Positions 25,853 to 40,750 are shown, counted from the stretch's first letter. The stretch: DNA of 64,000 bases from Octopus vulgaris (GCA_951406725.2 OX597817.1:78368001-78432000), one strand, 5' to 3'. The notes: a model not told the origin generated them from the letters alone. Made by a program: numbers and translations.

Positions 25853-26559
25853 ATGGTAAATGGTTGAGGCATGAAATATAACTCAAAGCAAGCCAGGTAA
25901 ATGCATACAGATGGTAACAAACAGCATCCCAACTCCAATATTGGCCATTTATATTTAGTACCAGAGGCATATATCAAACTGAAAGGTTGAACAGGTGCAA
26001 ATGTGAACCCCTTCCTGATGTTTATGAATAACCATTGACACAATTATGAGGTCATCATCGTTTTTGTTGGTTTTTTTGTGTGTTTCTGTTATACTATATT
26101 ATTTGTCTATGAATGAACAGTATGCATGGATGTGAGTGTATATGTATGTGTATGTGTATATGTATGTGTATATGTGCCTGTGTCAATATATCTGTGTGTG
26201 TATTTACAACTTGTTTATCAAACATTAATCATACACGAAAGACACACGGAAAGACAGATAGCTACATATTATCTTCAAGCATTGTGTTTTTAATTTTTTT
26301 TTTTCAGTTTTTTAAAAATTTATTTAGTTAGGATATTTTTTTCCTTGCATGTCAGCAAGAACATGCCACCCATTAAGTAATTGTTTATTCATTTATGTTT
26401 TTGTTTTTTTTAATTATATTTACAAGCTTTAAGAAGTGTTCAGAACAACTCTCAATACTTATTTACATTTGACCAAACAATTTGCTAAAACATTCAAACA
26501 TGTTCGTTATTCAAAATGCTGAATGCACACACACACACACACACACGCACACACACACA

Positions 26560-26598
<39 letters not shown>

Positions 26599-26751
26599 GT
26601 GTGTGTGCTTGTATCTCTCCGTCCTTTAAATATGTGTGTGTGTGTGTGTGTATGTACGTATATATCTATGTATATATATATATATATATTCATGTATGTA
26701 TATGTATACATGCGTGCATGTATATGCATACACGTGTGTGTGCTTGTGTGG

Positions 26752-26802
<51 letters not shown>

Positions 26803-27794
26803 TGTATGTATATGTATATATATGTGTATGTATATACAGACACATATATAAAGTATATATACTATAATACATAATATATATGTATATATATATATATTAT
26901 ATATAATATATATGTATATATTGTATATCTAATATATATACATACACACACATATATATATATACATATATATACATATGTATGTATATGTATATACACA
27001 TGCATACATATATATATGTATGTATATATGCATACATATACCTTTATACAGTTTACATATACATACACATGTATACACTTGCAGGACACAATTTAACAAA
27101 TATAATGAACAAATACCATTCCACTGGATATGTTATCATAATGAATAGTTGTCTATGTCTAACACTTAAGTATTTTTCAGTTTGACTAAATGACAGCAAA
27201 GAGAATTGTTTAAGCTTGGTATGTTTTAATGAAAGAAGATATCTTGTTATTCCTGGAGTGTACTATGATGCAATAGTTGTAGAATAGAATTGCTGAGTTT
27301 CCAATCCACTATCTATTCTAGTGGAGTTGGCTTTTGGTAAGAGTAATGGCTTCAGAAATAAATGTCACAAGAAATATATCCAGGGTGAAGCATTTAAGGT
27401 AAACAAAGGCATTTTATCTTTTATGCTTTATCTGTTCGAGTTATTGGACTGTAGCAATGCTAGGGCACTGGGTTGAAGGCTATAATCAAACAAATTGATC
27501 CAATATTTATCTTTTAAAGTCTGGTTCTTATTCTATTGGTCTCTAATTTGCTGAGCAACTAAGTTACAGGGATGTAAACAAACCATCACCTTTTGACCAC
27601 AGAGTGGTGGGAGAGAAATACTAGTACAAAAAACTAGACACACTCATATCTATCTGTTTATCTATCTATCTATCTAATCAAAATAAGCAACAAGGATATC
27701 CAGAGGTAATAGAGTACGATTGTTTCATGTGACTCCATTTGATTGAACAATGCAAATATTACATCAATTTTAAAATGCACAGCAATCTTCAGCT

Positions 27795-28018
27795 CTACAG
27801 TTGTCAAGCAATGTTGGTGGGGGGGACACAGACACACAAACAGATACACACACATACATATATATATATACATATATACGACAGGCTTCTTTCCGTTTCT
27901 TTCAGTTTCCCAAGGCTATAGTAGAAGACACTTGCCCAAGTTGCCACACAGTGAGAATGAACCCAGAACCATATGGTTGGTAAGGAAGCTACTTCCAATA
28001 CAGCCACTCCTGCACCTA
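27795..28018 (-). mobile_element. Family B SINE, partial
   Basis: ggctatagtagaagacacttgcccaag...cagccactcctgcacc. Confidence 0.85.
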
Positions 28019-28082
28019 TATTTATATATATATATATATATATTATATGTATGTATATGTATGTATATGTATGTATCTATCC

Positions 28083-28142
<60 letters not shown>

Positions 28143-28648
28143 GTCTGCTTGTCTATCTATCTATCTATATATATATATATATATATACATATATAATAGA
28201 AGCATGTAAACTGAGAAGCATGTACAAGAGTGTGCAATAAGTAAGACTAATTTCTGGTAACAGAGGCAAACATTTACTCATGCAGACAAATGCCATATAA
28301 TTGTGTGTGGGCTGTGTGTGCACATTTGTATGTATGCGTCCTTTTGTAGGAGTGTGTGTGTATGTGTGTGTTTATTTATTTATATACACACATATATATA
28401 TATACACACATATATATATATACACACATATGAACTAATTACATAAACACAATTATATATATGTAGAACACTATATATATGTATATATGTATATATGTAT
28501 ATGTATACATATGTATATTCATATGTATGCATAATATATGTGTATATATATATACACACACACACATATATGTACATATGTACACACATATACACACACA
28601 TATATATATATACATATATATACATATATACATGTATATATATATAGA

Positions 28649-28699
<51 letters not shown>

Positions 28700-28729
28700 C
28701 ATATATACATCTTACATCTTTCATTTGCC

Positions 28730-28789
<60 letters not shown>

Positions 28790-29762
28790 GTATACATATA
28801 TTTATAATTTTTCATGATAAATCCACAAGACATCATTCCTATTGTTTAAAGAAATAATTTCTGACAGTTCGATTCCACATGTTAAATAGCAGCTGCAGTA
28901 CCTATCGCTATGGCTTTTTGATCCTTCCCACTAAGTGCCATTTGTAACTTTCCGATCTTAATGTTGTTGCATGCTTCAGTTGGTTCGTCTTAGAGATATG
29001 GCCTTTTTTTTTAAATGCCTAACAGTCATGGCTTAAACTCAGCAAAAATTCTTGAGAAATCCAGATAGGAAAGGTGACTGTGTTATGACATGGCAAGGAA
29101 TTTTTTTTTGTTTTTAATTTTTCTACTGTTAACTTTTTGTATGCTTTTATTTTTCTGTTTGGTATAAATTTGGTGAATGAACAGAAAAAGAAACTTATAA
29201 AAATTTGGAAAAAGCCTAAAATTTATCTCTGGACTGATGCCAATGAAATCTATCTATCTTTATACATATATATGTATAACTGGGTGGCAATGTGTATGAG
29301 CATGTACATGTATATGTATGTATACATATGTGCACATATTTTTATATATGCATATGTGTATATATGCATGTATGTATATTCATATATATATATATATGTA
29401 TATATATGCATACATATATATGTATATGTATGCACACACAAACACACAAATATATATGTTTATATTATTAATAATAATAGTAGGGAATATAAAATTCCAA
29501 ACTTACATGGAAAAATTCAATTTCTACATTTATTTTATTTTAGACCTGAAGAGCAGCTATATTTTTAAATCAAATCAATTTTAATAGTACCGATTGAAAG
29601 ATATAGTCACAAAACGCACATAGTCAATTTAATGTTTATTTAATTTAGTGACTTTTAGAATAATATCTATTATACATACTCGACAGAGCGTTAGCACCTT
29701 GAGAGAAATGTTGTACTATCAATTGAATTACTTAATAGGAGATTATTTCACTTAATTATATA

Positions 29763-29796
<34 letters not shown>

Positions 29797-29797
<1 letters not shown>

Positions 29798-30601
29798 CCC
29801 AGCCCACTTATGAATGCCTTTCCTCCCTTGGACACAAAGACCGGTTGAGGCAAGCGAAGTCGATATAGAACCTCATCCGACGACAGACACCCATGCCAAC
29901 ACCCCATGCTTGCGAAGACATGTTGGGGCAAGCGAAATCGAAACCGAATTGAACCAGCCAGGATCCCTGGCCTGGTGGTACGTAAAAAGCACTATCCGAC
30001 TCGTGGCCGTGGCACGTAAAATACTCCAATGCGACCGTACGACAGGCACCCATGCCAACCCCCTTTGCTTGTGAAGACATGTTGGGGCAAGCGAAATCGA
30101 AATCGAATTGAACCAGCCAGGATCCCTGGTCTGGTGGTACGTAAAAAGCACTATCCGACTCGTGGCCGTGGCACGTAAAATACTCCAATGCGACCGTACG
30201 CCAGGCACCCATGCCAACCCCCTTTGCTTGTGAAGACATGTTGGGGCAAGCGAAATCGAAATCGAATTGAACCAGCCAGGATCCCTGGTCTGGTGGTACG
30301 TAAAAAGCACTATCCGACTCGTGGCCGATGCCAGCACCGCCTCGACTGGCTTCCGTGCCGGTGGCACATAAAATACACCAATCTGACCGTGGCCGTTGCC
30401 AGCCCCGCCTGGCATCTGTGCAGGTGGCACGTAAAAAGCACCCACTACACTCACGGAGTGGTTGGCGTTAGGAAGGGCATCCAGCTGTAGAAACATTGCC
30501 AGATTAGACTGGAGCCTGGTGCAGCCTTCTGGCTTCCCAGAACCCCGGTCGAACCGTCCAACCCATGCTAGCATGGAGAACGGACGTTAAACGATGATGA
30601 T
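29797..30601 (+). mobile_element. Family A element with a triplicated 159-bp internal unit
   Basis: cccatgccaac recurs at 29890, 30049 and 30208. Ends ccaacccatgctagcatggagaacggacgttaaacgatgatga. Confidence 0.9.
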
Positions 30602-30684
30602 ATACTTAAATTTTTTTCTATATGATTTAATATAGATAATATCTTTCACTATCAATTGAATTACTTAATAGGAGATTATTTCTC

Positions 30685-30723
<39 letters not shown>

Positions 30724-31171
30724 GTATATATATATATACTCATATATATGTGTATATCTATGTATGTGTGTCTTTGTGCCTGTCTTTGTCCCACACATTA
30801 CTGCTTGACAACTGGTGTGGGTGTGTTTATGTCTCCATGACTTAGAGTCCCAGCAAGGGAGACTGTTAAAATAAGTATTGAACTAAAATTAAATATCAGG
30901 GGCGATTTGCTCCAGTCCAATGATTGAAACAAGTAAAGGAATAAAAGAAGATGTGAGAGTGTGTGCTTGTGTGTGTGTGTGTGTGTGCGCGCATGCATGT
31001 GTAGTCCAATATATGGATTCATAGAATCATGTGGTTATCACAGTAAGCTCCTCTAATGGGCCCAGATATCATACCACATACTAATCCAGTATAGAGGAAT
31101 ATAATTCAGAGTTCTATGAAGCCGGAATCCAGAAGTTCAAATTGATGAAATTATTTCATGAGGAGTAATAA

Positions 31172-31253
31172 ACCATAAATTATCAGGATGTATGTATTTA
31201 ATTAACCACTTTGAAGTGTTTAATTAAATATATACCTCCTGATATTTTATGGT
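31172..31253. repeat. 40-bp-arm hairpin (inverted repeat)
   Basis: accataaattatcaggatgtatgtatttaattaaccactt versus reverse complement accataaaatatcaggaggtatatatttaattaaacactt (36/40 identical), 2-nt loop. Confidence 0.9.
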
Positions 31254-31254
31254 A

Positions 31255-31600
31255 TACTCTTTTACTTGTTTATTTCTTTATTTGTTTCAGTCATTTGACT
31301 GCAGGCAAGCTGGAGCACCACCTTTAGTCAGACAAATAAACCCTAGCCTTACACTTATTCTATCGGTCTCTTGTGCAAAATCATTAAGTTACAGGGACGT
31401 AAACACACCAGCATCGGTTGTCAAGCGATGATGGGGGGACAAATACAGACACACAGATATATACATATATACATATGATAGGCTTCTTTCAGTTTCCGTC
31501 TGCCAAATCCAATCACAAGGCTTTGGTCATCCTGAGGCTATAGTAGAAGACACTTGTCTAAGGTACCACAAAGTGGGACTGAACCCAGAACCATGTTGTA
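31255..31600 (-). mobile_element. Family B SINE (5'-truncated)
   Basis: Homologous to 31650-32055. Confidence 0.85.
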
Positions 31601-31649
31601 TGTTTATAATTTTTTTATGATTTTCACTGGTGATTTTTGCCAACATGTA

Positions 31650-32055
31650 TACTCTTTACTCTTTACTCTTTTACTTGTTTCAGTCAGTTGACTGCGGCCA
31701 TGCTGGAGCACCGCCTTTAGTCGAGCAACTCGACCCCGGGACTTATTCTTTGTAAGCCTTATTCTATCGGTCTCTTTTGCCGAACCACTAAGTGACGGTG
31801 ACGTAAACACACCAGCATCGGTTGTCAAGCAATGCTAAGGGGACAAACACATACACAAACATACACACATACATATATATATACATATATACGACGGGCT
31901 TCTTTCAGTTTCCGTCTACCAAATCCACTCACAAGGCTTTGGTCGGCCCGAGGCTATAGCAGAAGACACTTGCCCAAGATGCCATGCAGTGGGACTGAAC
32001 CCGGAACCATGTGGTTGGTAAGCAAGCTACTTACCACGCAACCACTCCTGCGCCT
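31650..32055 (-). mobile_element. Young full-length family B SINE
   Basis: CpGs retained and (AAGAGTA)-type tail. Head ggcgcaggagtggttgcgtggtaagtagcttgc. Confidence 0.92.
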
Positions 32056-32309
32056 GTATCTGCATGTTATCTAATTAAAATGATTCACCTTCTTGTCCAG
32101 TTGTTGCTGAATTGTTTATTCTTTTCGTTTTTGGATTTGGTTTGCAAGATTCTTTATGTGAGTTCATGAGTTGAAGCATATTCTGTTGTGTCTGGGGAGC
32201 GACATTTTCTTTTTGTGCCTTATAATTTAACACACTCGCGGTAAAATTTCCACTTATTTTTACTTTCCTAAAATTTTCGTTGAGTCTTGCAACCTTTTAT
32301 TTTACAGTT

Positions 32310-33420
32310 TTGATAAAGACTGATGAAAAAATTGTGATTAGAGCCATTTCATGCAACCAGTGGCAAAAAGGTCTGAGTGCAAGGACAGTGGCAAAAGAAA
32401 TGAAAGACGTTGAAGGCCCAAGAACTGTCAACAAATCTGTGACACAAAACTGATTCAGCAGTTTCAAGGAAGGTCACACCAGACTTGAAAATAAACCAAT
32501 GTCAGGGAGACCTTCTGTTGTGAAAGATGTGGCCTTGCTTGAAATGGCTGACCAACAGCCAAGCACAAGCACTTTGCACTGTTGGCAGAACTTGGTCATT
32601 CACAAAGCACCATTGATTGACTTTGCCATAAGCTCAGCCTTGTGAACAGATGCTGTCAAGAAGCTTTTCATGACCTGACTAATTACCAGGCTTAACAAAG
32701 TGTGAACATTTACAAACAACTACTTGCAAATCCTTGAGGTGCCGGTTTTGGGAGTTGAATTGTAACTGGGAATGAAAAATGGATTTATTTTTGTAATCCT
32801 GATAAAAGAAATCTATGGCTCTGTTCTGGCCAGACCTCACCGAGAGCCTGTTGTCAAACAGTAAGTCATGTTGTGTGATTTGCAGAATCTCAAGGGGAAG
32901 TTGTACTTTGAGCTTATTCCAGTTGGTCATGTTCTGAATGCTAACCCTTATGCTCAGCAACTACAGAAAATATTTGATGTTTTGAAACTTTGCTACTTGG
33001 CATTGGTCAATCTAAAATGTAGAGTTCTACAAAACACAAAATGCCCTGGCATACACTGCCAATGTGACCAAGTGTAAATTTGAGGAAATTGAGATGATGG
33101 AAGCGCTGCCTCACGCTGCCTCAAGCTGCTTACAGTCCAGACCTTGCACAACCAGATTACCACCTTTACAGAGCCTTGGCCCATTTCTTGCATGAATAGA
33201 GATTCAACAATGTGTATGAATTTGAAAATGGATGTGGGGAGTTTTTAGCATTTAAAGCAGCCAAATGATATAAGTGATGTGTGAAATTGAGCTTCAGACA
33301 CAGTGATTGTAACAGACAATAGAATACAATGGGGTATGTTTTGACAAATAAATGCCTTGCATATATAATTTATTTGAATTTGAAGTATTAATTAAAGCTA
33401 GAAATATAAAAGACTTTTCA
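32310..33420 (+). pseudogene. Second copy of the mariner transposase pseudogene
   Basis: Homologous to 12880-14330. tacagtccagaccttgcacaaccagattaccac = YSPDLAQPDYH, and gtaactgggaatgaaaaatgg ~ VTGNEKW. Confidence 0.9.
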
Positions 33421-33468
33421 CTCAGTGTGGTATACCATGTATATGGTGTGTGTATGTGTACATACATA

Positions 33469-33512
<44 letters not shown>

Positions 33513-33827
33513 AATATCAATATATCTATCTATCTTTCCATATATATATATGTATGTATACACATACACAAATACACATATAAATTATATAAAAGTTCAC
33601 GTATGCATAACACACATACATGCATATGCATACAGATACACATAAATAAATGTGTATATAGCAACAGTAAATTTTTTGCTACAATTATGCAGTAAATGTG
33701 CCAAATTTTTTTTCATTATCCATTTACTATTTTCTTATATCTTATTTATTTATCTATTCACATTTTTTGCAATTCGCTTCATTGATTTGATAAATTTTGT
33801 CAGCAGTAACATTAGTACATACATATA

Positions 33828-33858
<31 letters not shown>

Positions 33859-34362
33859 ATGTATGTATGTATGTATGTATGTATGTATATACACATATGT
33901 ATTTATATATTAGTTTTATGCATATATATATATATATACACATATGTATGTATATATAATGAAATTAAAAATAAAAGCAAAAATAAATAGGTACAAATAA
34001 AAATATTAACTAAATAAAGATAAGACAACCTGATAAAATTTGAATATAAAATTAAATAAATATTCAATAAAAAAAAAATCTCACAAAAAATGAAAACTTT
34101 TATTTTTGTATGTCGAATTTTGATGTTTCAGTTTGATGTCAAGAAATTCCTCACTTGTCAGAATTCAGTTGTTTTGTCCTGTACAAGCAAATTCAATCTA
34201 AAGATAACTTATTTTAGCAGTTCCGTTTGATTAAATAACCATTTTTTGCTTGTTTTTTTTTGGTTCCATTATTATTGGCTGTGGTTTATATACATTTTTT
34301 TCCTTATTTTCCTAATAAATAAGTTTATATAATTTCATGTTTGTTTTTATACATTTTGGGAT

Positions 34363-34421
<59 letters not shown>

Positions 34422-34726
34422 CATTATTATTATTATTATTATCATTATTACTATTATTATTATTATTAATATTTAATTTAGTTTTTATGTAATATTAGCA
34501 GAAATTGGGACAAATAGCTATTCATTTTTTGAGGGAGATTTTATTTTATTTTATGTTAATTCCCTTCTCAAAAATTTAACAAAAACTAAAGTTAACTTTT
34601 TTCGTGGATGGGGGCAGGGTGAGTGGAGGAGACTTATCAAATCATGAAAAATATCAAATTTACTGTAAAATTTTTTTTAAATTATTAAAAAAATAATACT
34701 GCATACATACACATACACCTATATAT

Positions 34727-34876
<150 letters not shown>

Positions 34877-35260
34877 CATAGATACATACATATGAATGCA
34901 TGTATATGTGTGTGTATATATACATGCATACAGACACAGATTTTGAAATGTCATGTTTTTGTGCAATAAATAGACCATCAAACTAAATCTGAAATGACAT
35001 GATGTGTTTGGCGTTCAATCCATTTTATGCGTTCAAATCACACTTGAGTTTTAATCATTTCGGGACTTTTGAGCACCAAGTTATGAGCACCCACACATTT
35101 TGAGACTTTTGAGCATTCCTCCCCCAACCATTGCTTGACAACTGATGCTTGTGTGCTTATGCCCTTGTAACTTAGCAGTTTAGCAAAAGAAAAGAACAGA
35201 ATAAGTACTAGGTTTGTGAAGAATAAGTCCTGGCATCGATTTCTTTGACTAAAAAATCCT

Positions 35261-35456
35261 TTAACCCTTTCGTTACTGTATTTATTTTGAGATGCTCTGT
35301 GTGTCTTTCAATTAATTAGTTATCATTCAGCTAGTGTTAGGAACATAAATTGTGACTAAGGTTTGATGGAAGATTTTAATTCAAAACTTATGAAATCACG
35401 ACATTTGTATGTAAAGCCAGAGCCGGTTTCAGCCGGGTTGGTATCAAAAGGGTGAA
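35261..35456. mobile_element. TTAA-type MITE nested in a family B SINE 3' half (35120-35515)
   Basis: TTAA-ccctttcgttac ... gtatcaaaaggg-tgaa. SINE sequence continues on both sides. Related degenerate copies lie at ~14990-15483 (inverted) and ~37175-37398. Confidence 0.75.
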
Positions 35457-35599
35457 GATAGTGCTCCAGCATGACCTCAATCAAATGACTGAAACAAGTA
35501 AAAGAATAAAAGAATGAGAGAAAGAATAAGTGGTGGAGCTTCTACATCATTATCTAAACAGCTTCAAATAGAATGACGAGTCCCTTAACTCCTTGGTGG

Positions 35600-35810
35600 A
35601 TAGTATGGATGTTGCAGCCATGCAGCATATCTTGGACAAGAAAGCCTGGTGGAGCAGATCCCTCTCCAGGCTACACTCATTTCTACAGCTGAGTGGACTG
35701 GAGCAACATGCAATGAAGTATTTTCCTCAAGAACATTATGCATCGCCTGGTCCAGGAATCAAAACCACAATCTTACATTCATGAGTCCAGTACCCTAACC
35801 ATTAAGCCAA
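35600..35810 (-). mobile_element. CORE-type SINE fragment (family C)
   Basis: Reverse complement of the CORE block ctccagtccactcagctgtagaaatgagt, as in 38444-38781. Confidence 0.75.
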
Positions 35811-36387
35811 GTGTAGCTGTGTGGTAAAAAATTTGCTTCTAAGCTACATGGTTCTAGGTTCAGTCCCGCTGTGTGTTAGTTTGGGCAAGTGTCTTCTACT
35901 ATAGCCCTGTGCCAACCCTGTATGAGTGGATTAGGTATACAGAAACTAAAAGTTCACATTCCTGCCTCAAAATAGAGAGGGACTTATTGGATAATATAGT
36001 CCCAGATGCTCTCATGAGAAACAAAAAACTCTGATAGCAAAGGCTGTCAGCTATTTCTAGGTATCCTCTTGTGTATTTCAAGGAATTTGTTTCAATGAGT
36101 CTCATTACTAACTTTACCAATACATCTGTTATATTCAAAATCCTTTGTTGCCAACCTGGTCATCATCTCATTGCAACCCTTTTATATAATCATAGTTTAC
36201 AATGGCTACACAATAGCGAATTCCATGCTATTTCTTTTTTTCTTTTCCATATTCTGCAAGCACAATTCAAGAATGGTAGAAAAGTCCCATTTTCTAACCA
36301 GATATGATAATTAAAGATATTTGCCATTGCTAGCTTTATTTTGTAAATATGTATTGTATTTTAATGTCATATAAATTTGAAATATCC

Positions 36388-36421
<34 letters not shown>

Positions 36422-37520
36422 TTGTCAGTCTTTCTATTTCTCTATCTATCTGCCAGATCAGATTGGAGCCTGGTGCAGCCATCTGGTTCACCAGTCCTCA
36501 GTCAAATTGTCCAACCCATGCAAGCATGGAAAGTGGATGTTAAACGATGATGATGATGATGATCTATCTATCTATCTACCTATTTTTCCATCTGACTCTC
36601 TGTCACTTTATCTATTTGCATATATCTTTTAGCTTTTAGCTTTAATTTATTTCAGTCATTGAATTGTGGCCTTGCCAGGACACTGCTTTGAAGAGCTTAG
36701 TTAAAGAGATCAATACTAGTATTGTAATTAAAGCCTAGTATTTGTCATATCTGTCTCATTGAATCATTAAGATATGGGAATGCATACAAATCAACACTGG
36801 TTGTCAAATGGTGGCAGGGGACATACATAAAAAAACACACGGAGAAACAGAAACCATTACATCATGGAAGAAATCATTTTAGCCATTGCATGCAAAATCA
36901 AAGATATTCAGTATCAATTACTGTTTTATGGGTTAAATTCTTATCATAGGTCAGAAACATTATTACAGAGAAAATTCCACTGAAACCATTAAATATTACT
37001 TGGAGGAAAAAGTAAAAACAAATACCCTCAAAATATTGGTGTTTTACAACATAAAATACCTAAAAAAATACTTACTAGTGCATTTGGTTGCACCTGAACA
37101 AAATTTAAGTAATTTAGGTCCCAGAATGCCTGTCTTAAACTGAGAAGAAAACTTGCTTGCCTTATTTTTTTTAAAGCTTTTTGTTAAAACATTTCTGTTG
37201 AAATACGTATTTTTTTGTATTAATTAGCTTTGAAAATTAAGAATATATCAAAATGACTATATCATTATTAAGCTGGAGTTTGGAACTTAAATAAGCATGA
37301 AATTCTGATGAAAGATTTTACCTGAGATTATTTCAAAAGAGAATTTGTATCATAAAACCAAGCAAGGTTTCAGAGGTGTTAATATCAAACAGTTTAAATT
37401 ATATTTCATTTTAAATATTATATATTTTATTGTACATTTTTTAATTTCTTTCTATGCAAGTATGTATTTTTATCTATATACCTGTATAAGGTATATAGAT
37501 ATAAGGTATATAGATATAAA

Positions 37521-37750
37521 GGCGGCGAGCTGGCAGAAACGTTAGCATGCCGGGCGAAATGCTTTGCGATATTTCGTCTGCCGTTACGCTCTGAGTTCAA
37601 ATTCCGCCCTGGTCGACTTTGCTTTTCATCCTTTCGGGGTCGATAAATTAAGTACCAGTTACGCACTGGGGTCGATGTAATCGACTTAATCTGTTTGTCT
37701 GTCCTTGTTTGTCCCCTCTGTGTTTAGCCCCTTGTGGGTAGTAAAGAAAT
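37521..37750 (+). mobile_element. Young family M SINE (tRNA head plus Meta-like domain) with 16-bp TSD
   Basis: ggcggcgagctggcagaaacgttagc...gagttcaaattcc...ttcatcctttcggggtcgataaattaagtacc. TATATACCTGTATAAG at 37475-37490 and 37752-37767. Confidence 0.92.
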
Positions 37751-38084
37751 ATATATACCTGTATAAGTGTATATACTTACTGGCATGCATATGTATGTGG
37801 GTGTACACATATAACATTTTGATATGCCCTTCCATATATTGTATGATGTCACTTCCACTCTGTGAAATTTGTAAGCACGTTTCCTTTTTTCATGCAGCAC
37901 ATTAACCAGTTTTTCTTTGTAAACCCTTGTGAAAATTTTATATTTTATGTATCTCTTCAACTCTTTGTGGATGATAAAAAGATTATTATTATTATTATTA
38001 TTATCATTATTATTATTATCATTAATATTATTATTGTTATTGTTGTTGTTATTATTATTATTACTACTATTATTATTATTATTA

Positions 38085-38160
<76 letters not shown>

Positions 38161-38289
38161 GACGGCAAGCTAGCAGAATCATTAGCATGCTGGGCTATGC
38201 TTAGCAGTATTTTGCCTATTGCTATGTTCCCATAAATTTCAGGCCTCATGCTTTTAGTAGAAAGGTTCATCATCATCATCATCACTATG

Positions 38290-38345
<56 letters not shown>

Positions 38346-38443
38346 CATTATCATCATCATCATTATCTTTATTATGATTATTATTATTATTATTATCTAT
38401 TATTATTATTATATTATTACTATATTATTATTATTATTATATG

Positions 38444-38803
38444 TGAAGGCGCATCACTCAGGGGTTAGAGTGTCGAGCGAGCTTATGATTGTGAGATTGT
38501 GAGTTCGATTCCCGGACTGGGCTGCATGTTGTGTTCTTGAGCAAGACACTTTATTTCACGTCGCTCCAGTTCACTCAACTGTAGAAATGAGTTGAGACAT
38601 CACTGGTGTCAAGCTGTATCGGCCCTTGCCTTTCCCTTGGATAGCATCATTGGTGTGGAGAGGGGAGGCTGGTATGCATGGGTGACTGCTGGCCTTCCAT
38701 AAATAGCCTTGCTCGGACTTGTGCCTCAGAGGGTAACTTTCTAGGTGCAATCCCATGGTCATTCATTACCAAAGGGGGTCTCAACAACAACAACAACAAC
38801 AAC

Positions 38804-38805
<2 letters not shown>
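38444..38805 (+). mobile_element. Full-length CORE-type SINE (family C) with (AAC)n tail
   Basis: B box gagttcgattccc. CORE-like tgtgttcttgagcaagacactttatttcac...tcactcaactgtagaaatgagt. Confidence 0.85.
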
Positions 38806-38901
<96 letters not shown>

Positions 38902-38903
38902 CA

Positions 38904-38992
<89 letters not shown>

Positions 38993-39144
38993 TATAGGCA
39001 GCAAGCTGGCAGATCTGTCAGTATACTGTGCAAAATGTTTAGCTGCATTTCAGCCATGTTCACATTCTGCATTCAAACTCCATTGAGGTTGACTTCGTCT
39101 TTCATCTTTTGGGATCGATAAAATAAGTACCAGAGAAGCACTGG

Positions 39145-39565
39145 AATGCCATCAAAGTGACACTGAGATACAAATATGCAAAGCCCAATATATTCATCAT
39201 GATAAACTGTCTGATACAGGTACACCAGCATATGCATCACAACCATATCAAGATAAACAGTACATGACCTTTCAGGCGGACCCCAGTTACAATCTTCTTC
39301 AGTTTGAGTGCCCCACCCTTCTCAAGAAGTCCTCGAATAAAGTTTGTCTAACGATGATGAATAAAACACCCACGTTTCCAAAAGTGAATTATGCAAACCC
39401 CAAAAACTTCCTCTCAATACATGGCTATGATGCTCCCCCTCCACTGCCTCTGCTCATGTGCAGAGATGCACATATCATCAACCACCAAGGGACATACTCA
39501 ACTGTTTAAAGTCAAGCAACTGAGGAGCAAATCTGTGATATTGAACACAACCTTTGCTGTAGCCA
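39145..39565 (-). mobile_element. Older inverted copy of the ~555-bp family T element
   Basis: Reverse complement of 46640-47070. Confidence 0.8.
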
Positions 39566-40009
39566 TCGTCATTGTTTTAAGGCAGCAAATAGCGGAATCA
39601 TTACAGTGCTGGATAAAATCTTAGCAGCATTTCTTCTGACACATTCTGAGTTCAAATTCCTACAAGGTCAACTTTGCCCTTCATCATTTTGAGGTCACTA
39701 GATTAAGTACCAGTCAAGCACTGGAGGTGGTGCAATCAATTAGTCCTCTCCCACAAAATTTCTGGTGATGAGCTTATAGAACAAATGATTTTTATTATTA
39801 TTATTGTTATATATTCACACACATTTGCATATTTCAAATTCACAATAGACATACACACACACATACACACACACACATTTCTTTAATGTTTCAATGCATA
39901 ACTGGTTATGACATTTTAAGTGAGCATTCTTTGTAAAAAAACAAACGTATATACAATGCTGCTACTAAAACTTGAGCTAATATTTTCTAATCTAACACCA
40001 TTGATAAGT

Positions 40010-40058
<49 letters not shown>

Positions 40059-40714
40059 TGTTGTAGTTGTGGTGGTGGTGGTGGTGGTGGTGGTGGTGGA
40101 GGTAGCAGAGGTGGTGGTTGTGGTAGTGATAGTAGTGATAGTAGTATATGTTGTAGTAGCAGTTGTGGGGGAGGTGGGGTGGCAACGGTGATGGTAGTAG
40201 TAGTAGTGGGGATGAGGGTGGTGGTGATGGTGGTAGCAGTAGTATTAGTAATAGTATCACTAGAGGAGGGGCAAAGGTTGTAGTAGTACTAGTAGTATGG
40301 GGTGACAATGGTGGTAATAGTAATAGTATTAGTAGTAGTAGTAGTAGTAGTAGCAGCACCAGCAGCTATGTACAACGATTAGATAAATGAATGTCAATGA
40401 ATATACCACATAACTAAGGAAATAATAAAAAAAAATAATAAAGTAAATACAAATAAAATAATAAAAAAAATATGGTAAATGATAAAAACTGATGTAAAAA
40501 CCAAGGAAGCATAGGAATGTAGGCTATCACTCATCCTTGTTAAATTAGAGAAAAAAATGCATAACAACAAAGGATGATGTTGACGATGTTGAGGGTGATG
40601 ATGATGATGATGATGATATTAACAACTGAGTCAACAGCATCAATAATGATGATAATAATAAAAATAAAAATTAAAATAATAGTAATGATGATAATAATAA
40701 TGATAATAATAATA

Positions 40715-40750
<36 letters not shown>

